NCBI GenBank assembly: GCA_951406725.2
Contig: OX597827.1
Location: forward strand, 41,850,001 to 41,914,000
Length of the DNA: 64,000 nt
Reading direction: 5' to 3'
Origin: Octopus vulgaris
Lineage: Eukaryota
Made by a program: the position numbers and the translations under genes. Of this stretch, positions 13,396 through 28,444 are shown in pieces; positions within the stretch are counted from its first letter, which is position 1; each line of letters begins with the position of its first letter. The notes beneath the pieces are model-generated. The model had not been told where the DNA came from. It ran no database searches and saw nothing but the letters and a program-made list of their open reading frames with translations.

Positions 13396-14429
13396 TTACG
13401 TTCGTGTGCGCGTGTGGTGGGGTTGCGTCAATATCGATGTGTATATCTGTCCCTATAGATGATATCATTGCATATGTTTTTCTCTCTGATATATTTGTGT
13501 TTCTTTGTAGATGATATCACTATGTGTGTGTATGTTTTGTAGATGGTATCGCTCTGTATATAACTTTATAGATGCGAGTTTTTGTGCGTGAGTGTTTGTG
13601 TGTCAGTGACTGTATGTGTGTGTGAGTGAGTGTATGTGGTTTGTATGTGTGTGTGTGTATGTGTGTGTGCCTCTTTTTGTATGTATGTGCGTGTACCTCT
13701 TTGTAGCTGGAATTATTATCGAACTTGTTATGTGTAGAAGAATACGGGTGGCTTTGTGTATCTTAGTACACATGTCCTTAAGTGAGTGTGGATGTGTCTG
13801 CGTACGCATGTATTTGTCTAGTAAACGTATGACTGTATACGTACGTGTATAGATATGTAGATGTGTGTATTATTATATATATGTTTGTACGTTGGGTGTA
13901 TATATATAAGTATGTGAATAATATGTATATGTATGTATATGCGTTATTATCTGTAAGTATAGCTGTATCTTTATCAGCACGCATTGGAGAGTTGTTTATA
14001 TTTTTACACACTTATAGTAGTGGATGTATGGACGTATTGTTAATAGTCGTGTATGTATGAGTGTATGAATATATCTATGAATGTGTGTATGCGTGTGTCG
14101 TATTTGAATAGAAATACTTTTATATCAGTCTCTGAGTGTGTATATGTTTGTGTGTGTGTGTGTATGTATGTATATATGTACGTATGTCTACAGAGATAAC
14201 TTGATAAATTGATAGATATATAACACAGGCAGGGTATATAGTTACCCGTTTAATTTATATAAGATATATGTAAAACTTTTTCCACATACAATTACACACA
14301 CACACATATATGTACACATATTCACATATATATAGATAGATACATTCATGCATACGTATATGTTCATATATATATATATATAAAGACACACACACACACA
14401 TATGAATGTACACGTATATATATGTATAC

Positions 14430-14478
<49 letters not shown>

Positions 14479-14535
14479 ACTATACACAGACATAAATATA
14501 TATGTATATATACGTATATATATATGTACATATAC

Positions 14536-14598
<63 letters not shown>

Positions 14599-14739
14599 TA
14601 GATATATTATGTACATTTGCGTATATTTTCACCTATGATGGTATTTGACTGTATGACAGATTGTGCGGTGGTGAGGCTAGTTTTTTTCCTGCGTATATCT
14701 TTGTATGCACACACGCACGCAAATCTACATACATACATG

Positions 14740-14777
<38 letters not shown>

Positions 14778-16128
14778 TATATGTGTGTGTAAGTGCATGC
14801 GTAGGTATGTGTGTATGTGTGTGCGCTTGCGTGTGTGTGTGTATGTGAGCATGCATGAAATAACGTTTGAGTAGGAGTAACTAATCGATATTACTGTGAT
14901 GGCAATCATTCAATGTGTGAAGACAAAGACGGAAGCAATCTGTGGCCTCCTCTAACTCTTTCCTAGTTCTCTCTGTCTCTCTCTTTCTGACTTCACCTCA
15001 TTTTCTCTCCCTATGCCCGTCACTCATTTACTTTGTGCTTTGCTGTCTGTCTGTCTGTCTCTCTCCCTTTTTGTTTTACTCTCTTTATCTTTCTGTTTCT
15101 CTCTCTGTCTCTCTGTCTCTTTGTCTCTCTCTCTCTCTCTCGCTCTTTTTATCTCTCTTTGTGTCTTTGCTTGACGGCCAAAAGCGGTCACCATGAAATT
15201 GCAGCACTTTCCGGAAGCTGCGAAGCTGATACAAAGTATGCATGTAAGTGTGTGTGTGTGTGTGTGTGTGCGTGCGTGTGTGCGTGTGTGTAGGGAGTGA
15301 GAGAAAGAGAGAGAGAAAGAGAGAGGGAGAGAAAGCGAGAGAGAGAGGGAGAGAAAGCGAGAGAGAGAGGGAGAGAAAGAGAGAGACCGACAGAGTATAT
15401 AGAATAAAAATGCAAGAAATATGGGAGATAAGATATTAGACAGAGGGAGAGAGAGAAAGGGGGAGGAAGAGAGAAACAGAGAGAGAAAGAGGGGGAAGAG
15501 AGAAACAGAGAGAGAGAAAGAAATCAGGAAGAGGAGAGAGTGTGTGTGTTAGTGTGTATGTGTATGAGTGGGATTTTATATGTTAGTGTGTGTGTGTGTG
15601 TGGAGGGGGGTCTTTGTATGTATGTGTTTGTATATATGTGTATATATTGTGTATATGTGCGTGTGCGTGTGGTGATGTTATTGTTGTTATTTAGTCCCAG
15701 ATCAGCAATGACCAAGCACACATGATACCAAACACTCTCATCCCGGTTTCTATCCAAAACCGCACCGTAATATAAAAACCAACTGTTTTGTTGTACAGAT
15801 TTAAATCCAGTAAGATCTGGATGAAATTTGGCTGCTGTTTATAAAAAGTCAAGCAATCAAAATGGAGTCACTTTCGTTCGCAACACATCAAAGGTGTTGA
15901 TAATTTTGGGCTGGGGATAGCAAGGATGTGAAACAACATTGTCGGATCTGGTATTCAGCGGAACGAGTGGGAAATGTAATGGAGATGTCACAGATACAGA
16001 ACATATATATAGTTATGAATAAGGGCAAAAGAAAAGATTTTTGCCTATATATTGAAATAGACACTAAATCGTCTAACCACCAATATTTTCAATATTATTT
16101 TCAATATTATATTTGAAGTATATATATC

Positions 16129-16214
<86 letters not shown>

Positions 16215-16499
16215 TGTGTGTTTGTGTGTGTGAGAGTAATAATGATCCACGGGTGGAACTTATTAATATTTCAATGCAACGCTACGCACGTTTCCACGAA
16301 TCACATGTTTCTTACGATCATAATCCGTATTCCTGGGATGATTACTATACAGTCCGTAGTATCCACGGATATCGAGTGGATCATAGTTCATGCGTCCATT
16401 TCCTCAATATATATATATTGTATTATTGCTTTATTATTGCTTTTTAATTGTATTTTTGTATTTATATTCGTGTAACATCGTATGTTTTTCCGTCCTTGT

Positions 16500-16757
16500 T
16501 TCGTATACATTCGATGGTTTTTTTTCCAAGGAATCTAATGTTCTTAGCTTACTTTTTCCTTGGGGCTGGCGAGATTGGAGCAATCCTAAGGTTAATCAGC
16601 CGAAATTCCGAGGATGATCCGGTTCTTGACTGAAGATAAAAGCCTTCGAATGATCCGTCCATGTTTTTTTTTGTATCGTTTATCTGGATGTTTTGTTGTC
16701 CCCTTTTGTATCACTTAGTTGTCCGGATGTTTTGCGTTCTTGTCCCGTTATTTTATT
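16500..16757 (+). repeat. Dispersed repeat, homolog of 5740-5986 (putative Penelope-like terminal fragment)
   Basis: Aligns by eye across about 250 bp; CTGAAGA..CTTCGAAT..GTC at 16630-16659. Confidence 0.55.
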
Positions 16758-16804
16758 TTATATATATATATATATATATATATGGCGGCGTACGTACACT
16801 TTCT

Positions 16805-16867
<63 letters not shown>

Positions 16868-16873
<6 letters not shown>

Positions 16874-17312
16874 ATAAATATAAGAGAGTGGTCACTATGT
16901 GGCTCACTCTAGCACCAGTTAATCCAAAAGGTTTCAACCACAAAAATACATGTTTCCCATGAAAGTCAGTACGATTGTTAGCTCACACGGACAGGGCAAA
17001 TAAAAAATAACAAATACAGATTATTTTGGGACAATTGTTTCGCTATTAATGAATTAAATGTAATTTTACAATAAAATCCACTTGTAGCTACAAGTGGATT
17101 TTATTGTAAAGTAAAATTACATTTAATTCATTAATAGCGAAACAATTGTCCCAAAATAATCTGTATTTGTTATTTTTTATTTGCCCTGTCCGTGTGAGCT
17201 AACAATCGTACTGACTTTCATGGGAAACATGTATTTTTGTGGTTGAAACCTTTTGGATTAACTGGTGCTAGAGTGAGCCACATAGTGACCACTCTCTTAT
17301 ATTTATTTTGTA
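16868..17312. repeat. Spacer-less long palindrome (foldback), arms about 215-220 bp
   Basis: Centre CTTGTAG|CTACAAG at 17087/17088; arms reverse-complementary except a 5-bp extra GTAAA in the right arm and one mismatch near the outer end. Confidence 0.95.
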
Positions 17313-17439
17313 AAAATATTATAATATATTATAAAATATTATAATAATCCAGGTTTCTCGAAGCACTAGGCCACTTGGTGTAGAATAGATATACTATTAA
17401 ATTAGTATCTAATTCTCTCACCCTTATTAATTAATTATT

Positions 17440-17509
<70 letters not shown>

Positions 17510-18265
17510 CAATCTAATTGACCAGTTAATGACAATGGATCTGTAAGTCACGACTGGTATGGCTAAAGTATTCATCGCTTCGACCCTTTTTCTTGCATTC
17601 AGCTCTGTCTTGAGTCAACTCGAACCGTCACCTGGATCAGGTGCCTCCACAAACAACCACCACCAACACCACCACCACCGCCACCAAGGACCTCGGATTC
17701 CAGTGAGGCCTATGTTTTGAGCACAATTGTGTCCTTTCTTTTCAGTAGTCGCTGAAAGCTCTACAGAAGATCATGGAAGTTGCCCCGCTTCTTCTGACTA
17801 AGTCATACATCAGAAAATAAAGAGAAATTGGAAGTATGCCCACATTATCATCGACAAATACAATAATGAGTATGTTTCCTTCAGGCTCTAATGGATATCA
17901 CTTAGGAGCTAACAAGGCTGGCGGGGTGGTTCGTCAACTTCACATCTATTTCCTTTGTAAGTCGACTTTCAGTTATAGAGAGTATCATTACAGGTTAGAG
18001 TTGCTAGCGCCAGGTAAAAGTATATTGAACTGGTTTCGTGTTCGCTCATGATTATTACCGAATGTGTATATATACATACATACATATATATATATATAGG
18101 TCTATATATATATATATATACATTCATATATATATTTGTGTATATATACATATAAATCTATATATATATATATATATATATAAATATATGCATATGTGTG
18201 TGTGTGTCTGTGCATTTATATATATATACGTGTATATGTATACTTATGTATATGTACATACATAC

Positions 18266-18333
<68 letters not shown>

Positions 18334-18367
18334 TGTGTGCGTGTATATGTGAATATATACATATGCA

Positions 18368-18424
<57 letters not shown>

Positions 18425-18761
18425 ACACGTATGAAGATGAATATAGTTCTCTGCTATCAGGAAATGAAATGCTTTAGTAGTAGTTCCGTGCAAAGCTTTA
18501 CTCGCCTACTAAATGCTAACGTGTAACGAGCCGCGATTACTTTATTGCTATGTTTATTATTTGAAGAGAAGTATGTGATGCAAGCGTCCAACTTCTGAAG
18601 TTCATTAATGATAAGATTCTGTCACGAGTCTCTTTCAATTTTCTGCGCAATTGCATGGCGTATCGTATGAATGGATTCAACAAGAATCCCTCGCATCCTC
18701 TCTCTATCTCCTTCTCTTTCGCCCCGTGATCCGCTTCGTTTATCAATCTATCTATCTATCA

Positions 18762-18835
<74 letters not shown>

Positions 18836-18918
18836 ATATAGATAGATATATAGGACAGAAGATGGAATATACGAGAATTTATTATTAATCACGACAAATT
18901 GCTTCGACACATCTAGCA

Positions 18919-18969
<51 letters not shown>

Positions 18970-19030
18970 CATCATCATCATCATCATTTTCATCCTCCTC
19001 CTCCTCCTCCTCCTCATCATCATCATCATG

Positions 19031-19092
<62 letters not shown>

Positions 19093-19095
19093 CAA

Positions 19096-19380
19096 GGCGG
19101 GGAGCTGGCAGAATCGTTAGCACGCCGGGCGAAATGCTTAGCGGTATTTTGTCTGCCACTACGTTCTGAGTTCAAATTCCGCCGAGGTCGACTTTGCATT
19201 TCATCCTTTCGGGGTCGATTTAAATAAGTACCAGTTACACACTGGGGTCGATATAATCAGCTTAATCCGTTTGTCTGTCCTTGTTTGTCCTCTCTGTGTT
19301 TAGCCCCTTGTGGATAGTAAAGAAATAGGTATTTCACCCGTCGCTACGTTCTGAGTTCAAATTCCGCCAATGTCGACTTA
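19096..19380 (+). mobile_element. SINE family C (dimeric, truncated)
   Basis: Homology to 5081-5475; directly follows (TTA)n. Confidence 0.85.
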
Positions 19381-19384
19381 GCCA

Positions 19385-19700
19385 GTTCCGGGTCCAGTCC
19401 CACTGCGTGGCACCTTGGGCAAGTGTCTTCTACTATAGCTCGGGCCGATCAAAGCCCTGTGAGTGGATTTGGTAGATGGAAATTCTGTGTGTGTGTGTGT
19501 GTGTGTGTGCGTGCGTGTATGTATTTGTGTGTCTGTGTTTGTTCTCCCAACATAGCTTGAAAACTGATGTTGGCGTGATCTATAGCAGTCATGTGACTGT
19601 GGCTATGCAAAGTACTGCCTTAAAGGGTATTAGTCGAAGAAATCGACCCCAGGACTTATTCTTTGTAAGCCTAGTACTTATTCTATCGAACCGCTAAGCA
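19385..19700. mobile_element. SINE family A with 3' part in inverted orientation
   Basis: 19385-19578 matches the family A 5'/middle on +; 19586-19698 matches the remaining 3' part on -. Confidence 0.7.
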
Positions 19701-19922
19701 AAACGTCCCCCGTCCAATGGACGGTGTTGACGTACTTGCGCGTACAAATGCACGTTCCCACGGCTTTATCGATCGCATTCTCACCTGGAATCGATCTTTG
19801 TAATTTTTTCAAGACTTATACACACCCTGATACTGTCGGTATCTACATATCAAATTTGAGCTCAATCGAATGGGGGATGCCCGAGATCCTGTAAGACACA
19901 CACACACAGACAGAACGTATTT

Positions 19923-19974
<52 letters not shown>

Positions 19975-20275
19975 TTATACATATTGGTATATTGCACATA
20001 TACATGTATCGTATAGGTATGCTACATACATTGATAAGGGACCGACTAAACAACGAAGCGACCAGTTTGTATGTATGGATGTGCATCTTCACATGTTTGG
20101 ACACGTGTCTCCATATGTGTCCTTGTGTGAAGTAAAGTGTGCTTCAGTCTCCATTTGCGTATGTGTGTTTGTCTGTTCAGAAAGGTAATAGCTGCCTTAG
20201 AAAAGTTGTGGAAAATGCCATCGGAGTTCTCTATCGGGTGGACATGAGAAATTTGGATACATGTCAGGAGCTTAA

Positions 20276-20598
20276 GAGGGCGCATGGCTTAGTGGTTAAG
20301 TGTATTCGGCCTTTCGATCGTAAAGTCTTGAGTTCGAAAACCGGCGGCGTATTACGCCCTTGAGCAAGACACTTTATTTCATGTTGCTCCTGTTCACTTA
20401 GATGGCAAAAGTGGATGGTACCAGTATTTCAAAGGGGTCGCTTAGTCACATTTTGTGTGATGGTGATTATCCTTTAGAACTACGTTTAGGGTACGCGTGT
20501 CTGTGGAGTGCTCAACCGCTTTCACTTTAAGTTCACGAGGAGGCTTTTCCGTTGATAGGATCAACTGGAACTTTCGTCGATTTAACCGGCAGAGTGTC
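20276..20598 (+). mobile_element. SINE family E
   Basis: GGCGCATGGCTTAGTGGTTAAG..GAGTTCGAAAACC head; homolog of 9699-10010. Confidence 0.8.
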
Positions 20599-20749
20599 CG
20601 TTTTATTTTTTCAGCAAGCTATTTAATTTCTGACATTGCACAACGACCCCAAAAGGTAGCCGTTGCTATGATTGTATGTCAGTGTGATTTAAATAAACGC
20701 CAAAACCCGTACTATCAAATGAATCGCATGAAAAAATGGTGAAATAGTA

Positions 20750-21238
20750 CCGTGTAACACGGTTTTTCTCCTTGGGCAGCATCTGTTATTTCTTTTTCGC
20801 TTACCCCTAGAGACCATGAAAAATGGCTAATATTTCCTTCGAAATTTTGTTACATCTATTCAAGCTCCTAATAATCCTTCTCAACGCATGACTACCATGT
20901 TCTCCCAAAACTCCTGCTCATGATCAAAGATGCACATTTTGTTAGCCACTCAGTGATGTGCCCAAGTGGTTATGGTCAAGCAACAAGCTACTGACAAGCA
21001 AATGTGTGGTATTCAGCAGAATATTTGCTATAACGATATTTCTGCTTCAGCAACTCGACACTGAATCTGTCTGAAATGTGATATAGAATAGGTCAGTTTC
21101 AAAACATTGATGTCCAGGTCACAAAAGCAAAGTGTGAAGGGTATAGTAGTAATTTCCTTTGATATCTAGATGAAAACAAATAGGAAATAACACTTACTAA
21201 CCAACGATAGAAAAAATTTAAAATTTTGTTACACAGTG
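20750..21238. mobile_element. Possible Tc1/mariner-type MITE
   Basis: TA-CCGTGTAACA...TGTTACACAGTG-TA imperfect terminal inverted repeats with TA flanks. Confidence 0.35.
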
Positions 21239-21326
21239 TAATTATCAACCCGCCTGTCTACCCGCCTGCTCGCCCGCCTTCCTACCTATATATATATACT
21301 TGCATACGTATATACATACATATGTT

Positions 21327-21361
<35 letters not shown>

Positions 21362-21431
21362 AAATATTTCTCTATCTATACATATATATATATAGTTATG
21401 TATATATGTATGTGTATATGTATATATATAT

Positions 21432-21512
<81 letters not shown>

Positions 21513-22707
21513 TACATATACACACACATATATGTATTTGTATATGTGTGTATGTATGAAAACTAGTTTTGAAATTTGCCCATGACTCGTTTCATCAAGC
21601 AGCAATGCAGTAAATGACTGCGCATTACAAATGTATTTTAAATAATTGTTTCTAAAATAAATGTTGTTTAAATAATAAAACAGAAAAATGCCATTAAAAT
21701 CAGAAACAATATTTCCAATAACGAAGCCAAAATAAAAGGAAGTAGAAAAAAGTTGGAACCGGAAAATATTCTATATTGTATCAATTGCTGGAAAATATGT
21801 CTCTAACATTTCTATTGATATCTACAGTTAAAGCAAATCATAATTTTTTCTATGTAAAAATCACAGATTAATCACCAAACAATTTAATTTCCTGAATAGA
21901 TAGAGAAAACAGTTGAGAAAAAGTTTGTCTTTATTTTCGGAGACGTTCGTCTGATTCTGAAATTATATTAATATAAATAAAAGTAAAGTGAGAAGCGTAA
22001 CGGTGCAAAAAGCACGCATCCTATAATCCGACGACATCATTTAAAGCCCAATGTATTCTCACATATATTGCTGTATGCGAAGAATTTTCTTTCGAGAATA
22101 TTCCGCAGCGAAAAACATCCGAGTGTACACGAACGTGTCAAATGTCATTGTAAACGCCTATATTTTACTCAACACTAATTTGTGCGCATCTGCTAATTAA
22201 TTTCAGCTCGACCAAACTATAGGCACATCAGTAAATGTATTATTTGCTTTTCTTCTATAATATAACCCCGTTCTTATAAGGCTGTGAAATACAAAATAGA
22301 CATTCATAGCTTATGACGAGTAATGACACAGAAACGCATATATGCTATGATTCTATACTGTCAGCCATAGCACAATGTGTTTCCATACATATTGTCTTTA
22401 CGGAGAATTGTCTCACGAGGCTATTTCCGCAGTGTCCGAATGTACATGAATGTGTTAATTATGATTGCGCTTGCATAAATATTATTTAAAGCGGCTTTGT
22501 ATGGCGACTCTGGTGTGCGTTTCGTCTTTGAGAAGAAAATTTAGAGCATAATAAAAGATATATATAGATATATATATTAGGGAGAGAGAAATTTGAAGAA
22601 AAAAGCAGTATGGGAGAATAAAGAAAAAGGTAGGAGGACGATGTGAAGCAAATAAAAGAAGTAAACTGTAGTTTCTGGAAAAATTCATACACATACACAT
22701 ACATACA

Positions 22708-22740
<33 letters not shown>

Positions 22741-23008
22741 GCATGCATGCATACATACATACATACATACATACATGCATGCACATAAACATATAATAAC
22801 CCTGTGTATCTCATTGATTCTCTTGACTACCCTTTTACACTTTCCATAAAATGTGTAACACACACGATCCTCCCATTTTCGCCGTCAAACTTCTTATCTC
22901 TCGCTTCCGCTTGCATCTTCTCCTCTTTCCCCTCAACCCTCACTTCTGTGGCTGTGCATTACCAGCCTTTCCGATTCACTTCTGGGTGGATGCACGGACA
23001 CACAGCCT

Positions 23009-23071
<63 letters not shown>

Positions 23072-24044
23072 GAGAAAGTGAGAGGGAGAGAGAGAAGTGA
23101 GAAAGAGTGACAGAGAGCGAGAGAGAAAGTGAGTGAGTGAGAAGGAGAGAAAGTGGGAAAGAGTGAGTGAAAAGGAAAGAGAGAGAGAGAGGAATTGGAA
23201 GACAGAGAGAAAGATGGGGAGGGAGAGTGAGGGGTGGGGTTGAGTGATATCGAAAATTTTTATGGAAATATATAGGATAATCGAAGCTGTCTTCACGAGC
23301 ACAGTGGAAAAACAAAACAATAAAGAATCGCTAATCAAACAGTAACAAAGAAATATTTAAAGTTCGCTGTCTTAGGTCTGATGCGAGATGTGATGCGTGA
23401 TTTGATTGGTTCTAATTAGTCTACTTTAGATGACGAATTAAAACCACATTTGTGTCACTATTTATTCTCAAATCTCATGTATTTCTGTTCAATATTTTGA
23501 AAGACTGCACCAAAATACATTTCTCAGCAAGGCATGAGTTGTAACTTTATAGAAAAATTATAATCTTATAACCTCAATTGTAGAGCTAGTCATGGAAATG
23601 TTAACCTTTAGTTTCCAGATATAATAGGATAGAGAAGCAGAGTTCATTTTAACACTAAATTTATAAGCAGACTTGATAACCTGAATAAGATGTGGATGTC
23701 TTTTATTTTTCTATATCCTATTGCATAAATCTACAGTGTGTTTCAAACCTTCAAAGATTACATGCGCTAATCCGGAGTAGTTTCTATTTTTGAGATGAGG
23801 AGAATAGTATATTCTTTTAATATCAACAGTCAATTCCTTTCCAGAGGGTTAAGAAATTTAGTGTGAGACTAGAATGAATGGAGAAATATTCATAGATAAA
23901 CTATATAGATAGATACAACATATATATTAAAGCTTTCATATGTACAGCGCAACATTCTTCCATAATTCCCCAGATATATCGCTATTCCATATGGGTTGGT
24001 GTAATTACGTTTGAGAATTCTGGTCTCCGTTATCTAGCATCTGA

Positions 24045-24098
<54 letters not shown>

Positions 24099-24248
24099 GA
24101 GAGTGAGTGTGTGTGTATATGCATTTCTTACCTTTATACATACGAATAAATATACTTAAACATATATGCGAGTGGGCGCAAGAAGCCTGTGTATATATAT
24201 ACACATACATATATTATAGAGGAGTGCGGATATATGTATGTATGTATG

Positions 24249-24282
<34 letters not shown>

Positions 24283-24545
24283 TGTATGTATGTATGTATG
24301 TATGTATGTATGTATGTATGTATGTATGTATGTATGTATGTATGTATGTATGTATGTATGTATGTATGTATATATATATGTATGTATATTATAACCTCAT
24401 AAATGAATTGCCGTATTCAATATATGGGTGTTTTTATGTATAATTTATGTGTATATGCGCATAGACTTGGATGTATATCTATATGTGTGTATATATTTAT
24501 CTATATACATATGCATGTATGATGCACCTATGTATATATATGTTT

Positions 24546-24604
<59 letters not shown>

Positions 24605-24969
24605 TACATATATACATACATGTATGTATAGATGTATATACATATTTCTTGTACATCGATTATGTACATACACGCACATATATATACAGATTGAAGACCT
24701 GCGTGTGCGTGTATATATATTATATATATAGAGAGATAATATCTAAATGATTCTCCGCATTCATATATTCATGAATTTATACATATATGCCTATATATAT
24801 ACATACATATATACATACATATATATATATATGTATATACATTTAGGTATATATATATCATTATAAAGCTATACATATATATATATATAACATACATATA
24901 TATATACATGCATATATATATATGTATATAAATTTATGTATATATATGTATATGTATAAATATATATGT

Positions 24970-25003
<34 letters not shown>

Positions 25004-25018
25004 GTATATAAATGTATA

Positions 25019-25078
<60 letters not shown>

Positions 25079-25846
25079 TACATATGAGTATATACACTGA
25101 GGGTAAGAGAGAAAATGAGATAAAGAGAAAAAGAAATATGCAGTGATGCATATAAAAACATACACACACACATATACATCCACATACACACACGCGCGCG
25201 TGCAATGTACACACAAAAGTATAAATTATTGGGAAAAGTTGGAGAATCCTTGCCGTTATTACTTCCATTTTCGCAGATTCACAGACAGGCATTTACGCAC
25301 ACACCCTTACACAACGACACACACACACCCAAACACTCACACACACATATATACACCGACTCAGAACACACACACACACACACGCGCACACACACATGTA
25401 TAATAGATGGAGACCATAAAACAAGAGAAATCTGTTGATTCCTTGTTAGATATGTAACGTTTCTTAAGAATTCAATAATTTTGGATGTGGTCGATATGTG
25501 CCAAAGTAATGCATGGTAACTGTGACTATTGTTGAGGAAATGTAAGAATTCTTGCTTAAGAACACATCTTCACATCCTCGCAAAACACATACACACACAC
25601 ACGCGCACACAAAGAGTATCACGTGTTCTATGGTCTTATGCAAATACGTTTTTAATAATATTTTTATATGAGAAAATGTATTTGGATATGTGTATACGAG
25701 TGAGTAAGTGTATGTCTATTTGAGAAGAACGTGTTTATGTGTGTGTATGTGTGTGTGTGCATATGTATTTGCCTGTGTGTAAATATATATATATAGATGT
25801 GTGCATGTATAATTATATATGTGCGTTTATACTACTGGGTGGTATG

Positions 25847-25940
<94 letters not shown>

Positions 25941-26066
25941 CGTGTGTGCGTGTGAGTGTGTGCGTGTGTGTGTGTTGATGCGTGTATGCATAAGTATATA
26001 TGTATGTATTTATCTATCCACCCGATTGTCTGTCTACGCATAAATATCTCTTTCTCTCGTATCTTC

Positions 26067-26109
<43 letters not shown>

Positions 26110-26533
26110 ACACATATATACATATACATATATATGTATACATACATATTTACAGATATATACATGCATGCATATATACATATATATTTATACATACAAA
26201 TTCACAGATATATACATACATAATTCCACACATATACATACGTACCCGTAAAAATATCCTGTTGATCTTGAAAATCTCATGAAGGAGCCTTAGATCTATG
26301 TTAGAAACAGGCTCTTTCCCTGTTGGCAAGAAAACTTGGAATAACATTGAATAATGACAAACATACATAAATACAAACATCCAAACATACATAGACACAC
26401 ACATACATACATACATACATGCATACATACATACATACATACATACATACATACATACATACGTACACACACACACATATGTATGTATGTATGTATGTAT
26501 GTATACGCTAATATCGCATTCTCATCGAAATTA

Positions 26534-28054
26534 CAGCCTTGGCCAAAAGTATTAGTCCACCTCAATGTTTTCCGGTTCTGCTATCTCAATATTAATGAAA
26601 CTCGTGCAAATGGTAGATAATGGTATATTTCCCAACAGTTTTAATATCTAGTTGACCTTCTTTTAATGTCAATTACCGCTTTTATACTGTTAGACATTGA
26701 ATCAACTAGTTTCTTGCAGGTGCTAGGCGCAATTTTACTCAATTCTTCCCTCAACTTTTGGTACAAATGCTCTTTATTTCTAAGCGTTGTGTTCCCGATA
26801 GCTTCACCAAGAGTTCCCCATAGGTGTTCGATCAGATTTAGATCAGGACTTTGAGCTGGTCAGTCCTTGGGAACAATACCCTGTGTCTCAAACCATTGAT
26901 GAGTATTCTTTGCTGTATGAAATGGAGCGTAGTCCTGTTGAAAGATAATACTGTTTTTTGAGAGTCTTGGATGCAATTTAGCAATTGATGGCTTTAAAAC
27001 ATCCGGTAACATAGAAACATAAGTAGCTGAATTCATCCTTCCCTGACATAAAAATATTTCTCCAGGTCCTGTGGCAGACATGTCGGTCCACACCCTGATA
27101 GAACAACTTTCATGTTTTACGGTTGTTACCAGACATTCAGCCTTAAATGCTTCCCCACCTCTGCGACGCACGAAAGTTGCACCAGATGTACCAAAGACCG
27201 GAGTAAAAACATGAAAAATAATATTAGCTTTATGTTGGATACTTTTTATATATTTTGGCCAACAGACCAGTTACATTAAGTTTATATGTTGATTGGATAC
27301 ATGTACTATCTTACCTCATAGTTACTTTCATTAGACCATATGACTTTCGACCATTGTTCACTGGTCCAATTTTAGGCCCACTGAAGACGTTTTTTACCAT
27401 ATTCGCTTCAGAAACCCATGGCTTCTTCCTGGCTTTGCAGCCTTTCAGACCGTACTCTACAAGCCTTCTTCTAACAGTTCTGGTTGATATTTGTGAAGTA
27501 CTTGCCTAGTTGAAGTCTGCACAGAGCTCCGACGATGTTTTCCTCCTGTTTCTGAGCGACTGACGGATAATGGATCTCTCATCACGAGGTGATGTAACCT
27601 TTTTTCAACCTGTTCTTCGTATTGTCTTCACATGTTTTGTCTCTCTGAAGTGCCTGAGAGTCGTTTGCACAGCACATCGAGAACATTTCATCTTCTGAGC
27701 AATTTACCTTTGAGACATTCCGTCTTTACAATGAGATACGATTAGACCTCGCTCACACTCTCTCAGCTCCCTTGTTTTAGGCATTTTGCTATTTATTAAC
27801 TGTACCTACAACGTATTTTAGCATAACACTCTGAAATAATCATGGAAACAAGTTAATTTTGAACGTTGGTCTTACTCATAATTGGTCGCATACATATAAG
27901 AGCGGAAATTGATGCTAAAGAAGGGTAAACCATATATTTAAACTAATGTATATTGTGAAATATACCATAATCTACCATGTGCATGAGTTTCATTAACATT
28001 GAGATAGCAGAACCGCAAAACATTGGGGCGGTCTAATACTTTTGGCCAAGGCTG
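26534..28054 (-). mobile_element. Full-length Tc1-like DNA transposon fossil
   Basis: About 105-bp imperfect TIRs starting CAGCCTTGGCCAAAAGTATTAG, TA target duplication on both sides. Confidence 0.95.
26641..27784 (-). pseudogene. Tc1 DD34E transposase pseudogene with one intron (27199-27314)
   Basis: MPKTRELRECERGLIV..RTVRRRLVEYGLKGCKARKKPW..WSKVIWSNESNYE | VFGTSGATFVRRR..FQQDYAPFHTA..D*PAQSPDLNLIEHLW..TRY*; 34 residues between D and E; several stops and a frameshift. Confidence 0.92.
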
Positions 28055-28099
28055 TAGAGACGTGCACCAGCTCTCCCCCATGCGCTACACTTGAATATT

Positions 28100-28168
<69 letters not shown>

Positions 28169-28193
28169 TTATTTATTTATTTATATATGTATG

Positions 28194-28259
<66 letters not shown>

Positions 28260-28308
28260 CACATACATACATATGTATAAATATATATATATATGTGTAT
28301 ATATATAC

Positions 28309-28371
<63 letters not shown>

Positions 28372-28444
28372 CACACACATATATATATACATAGATAGAT
28401 ATATACATACATATATATACATATACATATATACACATAAAAGC

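Noticed and set aside
16240-16385. Additional HHR-like remnant (CTGGGATGA..TACTA/TAGTA..TATCGAG) within a 9-bp inverted repeat
   Set aside because: Core too degenerate to support a call
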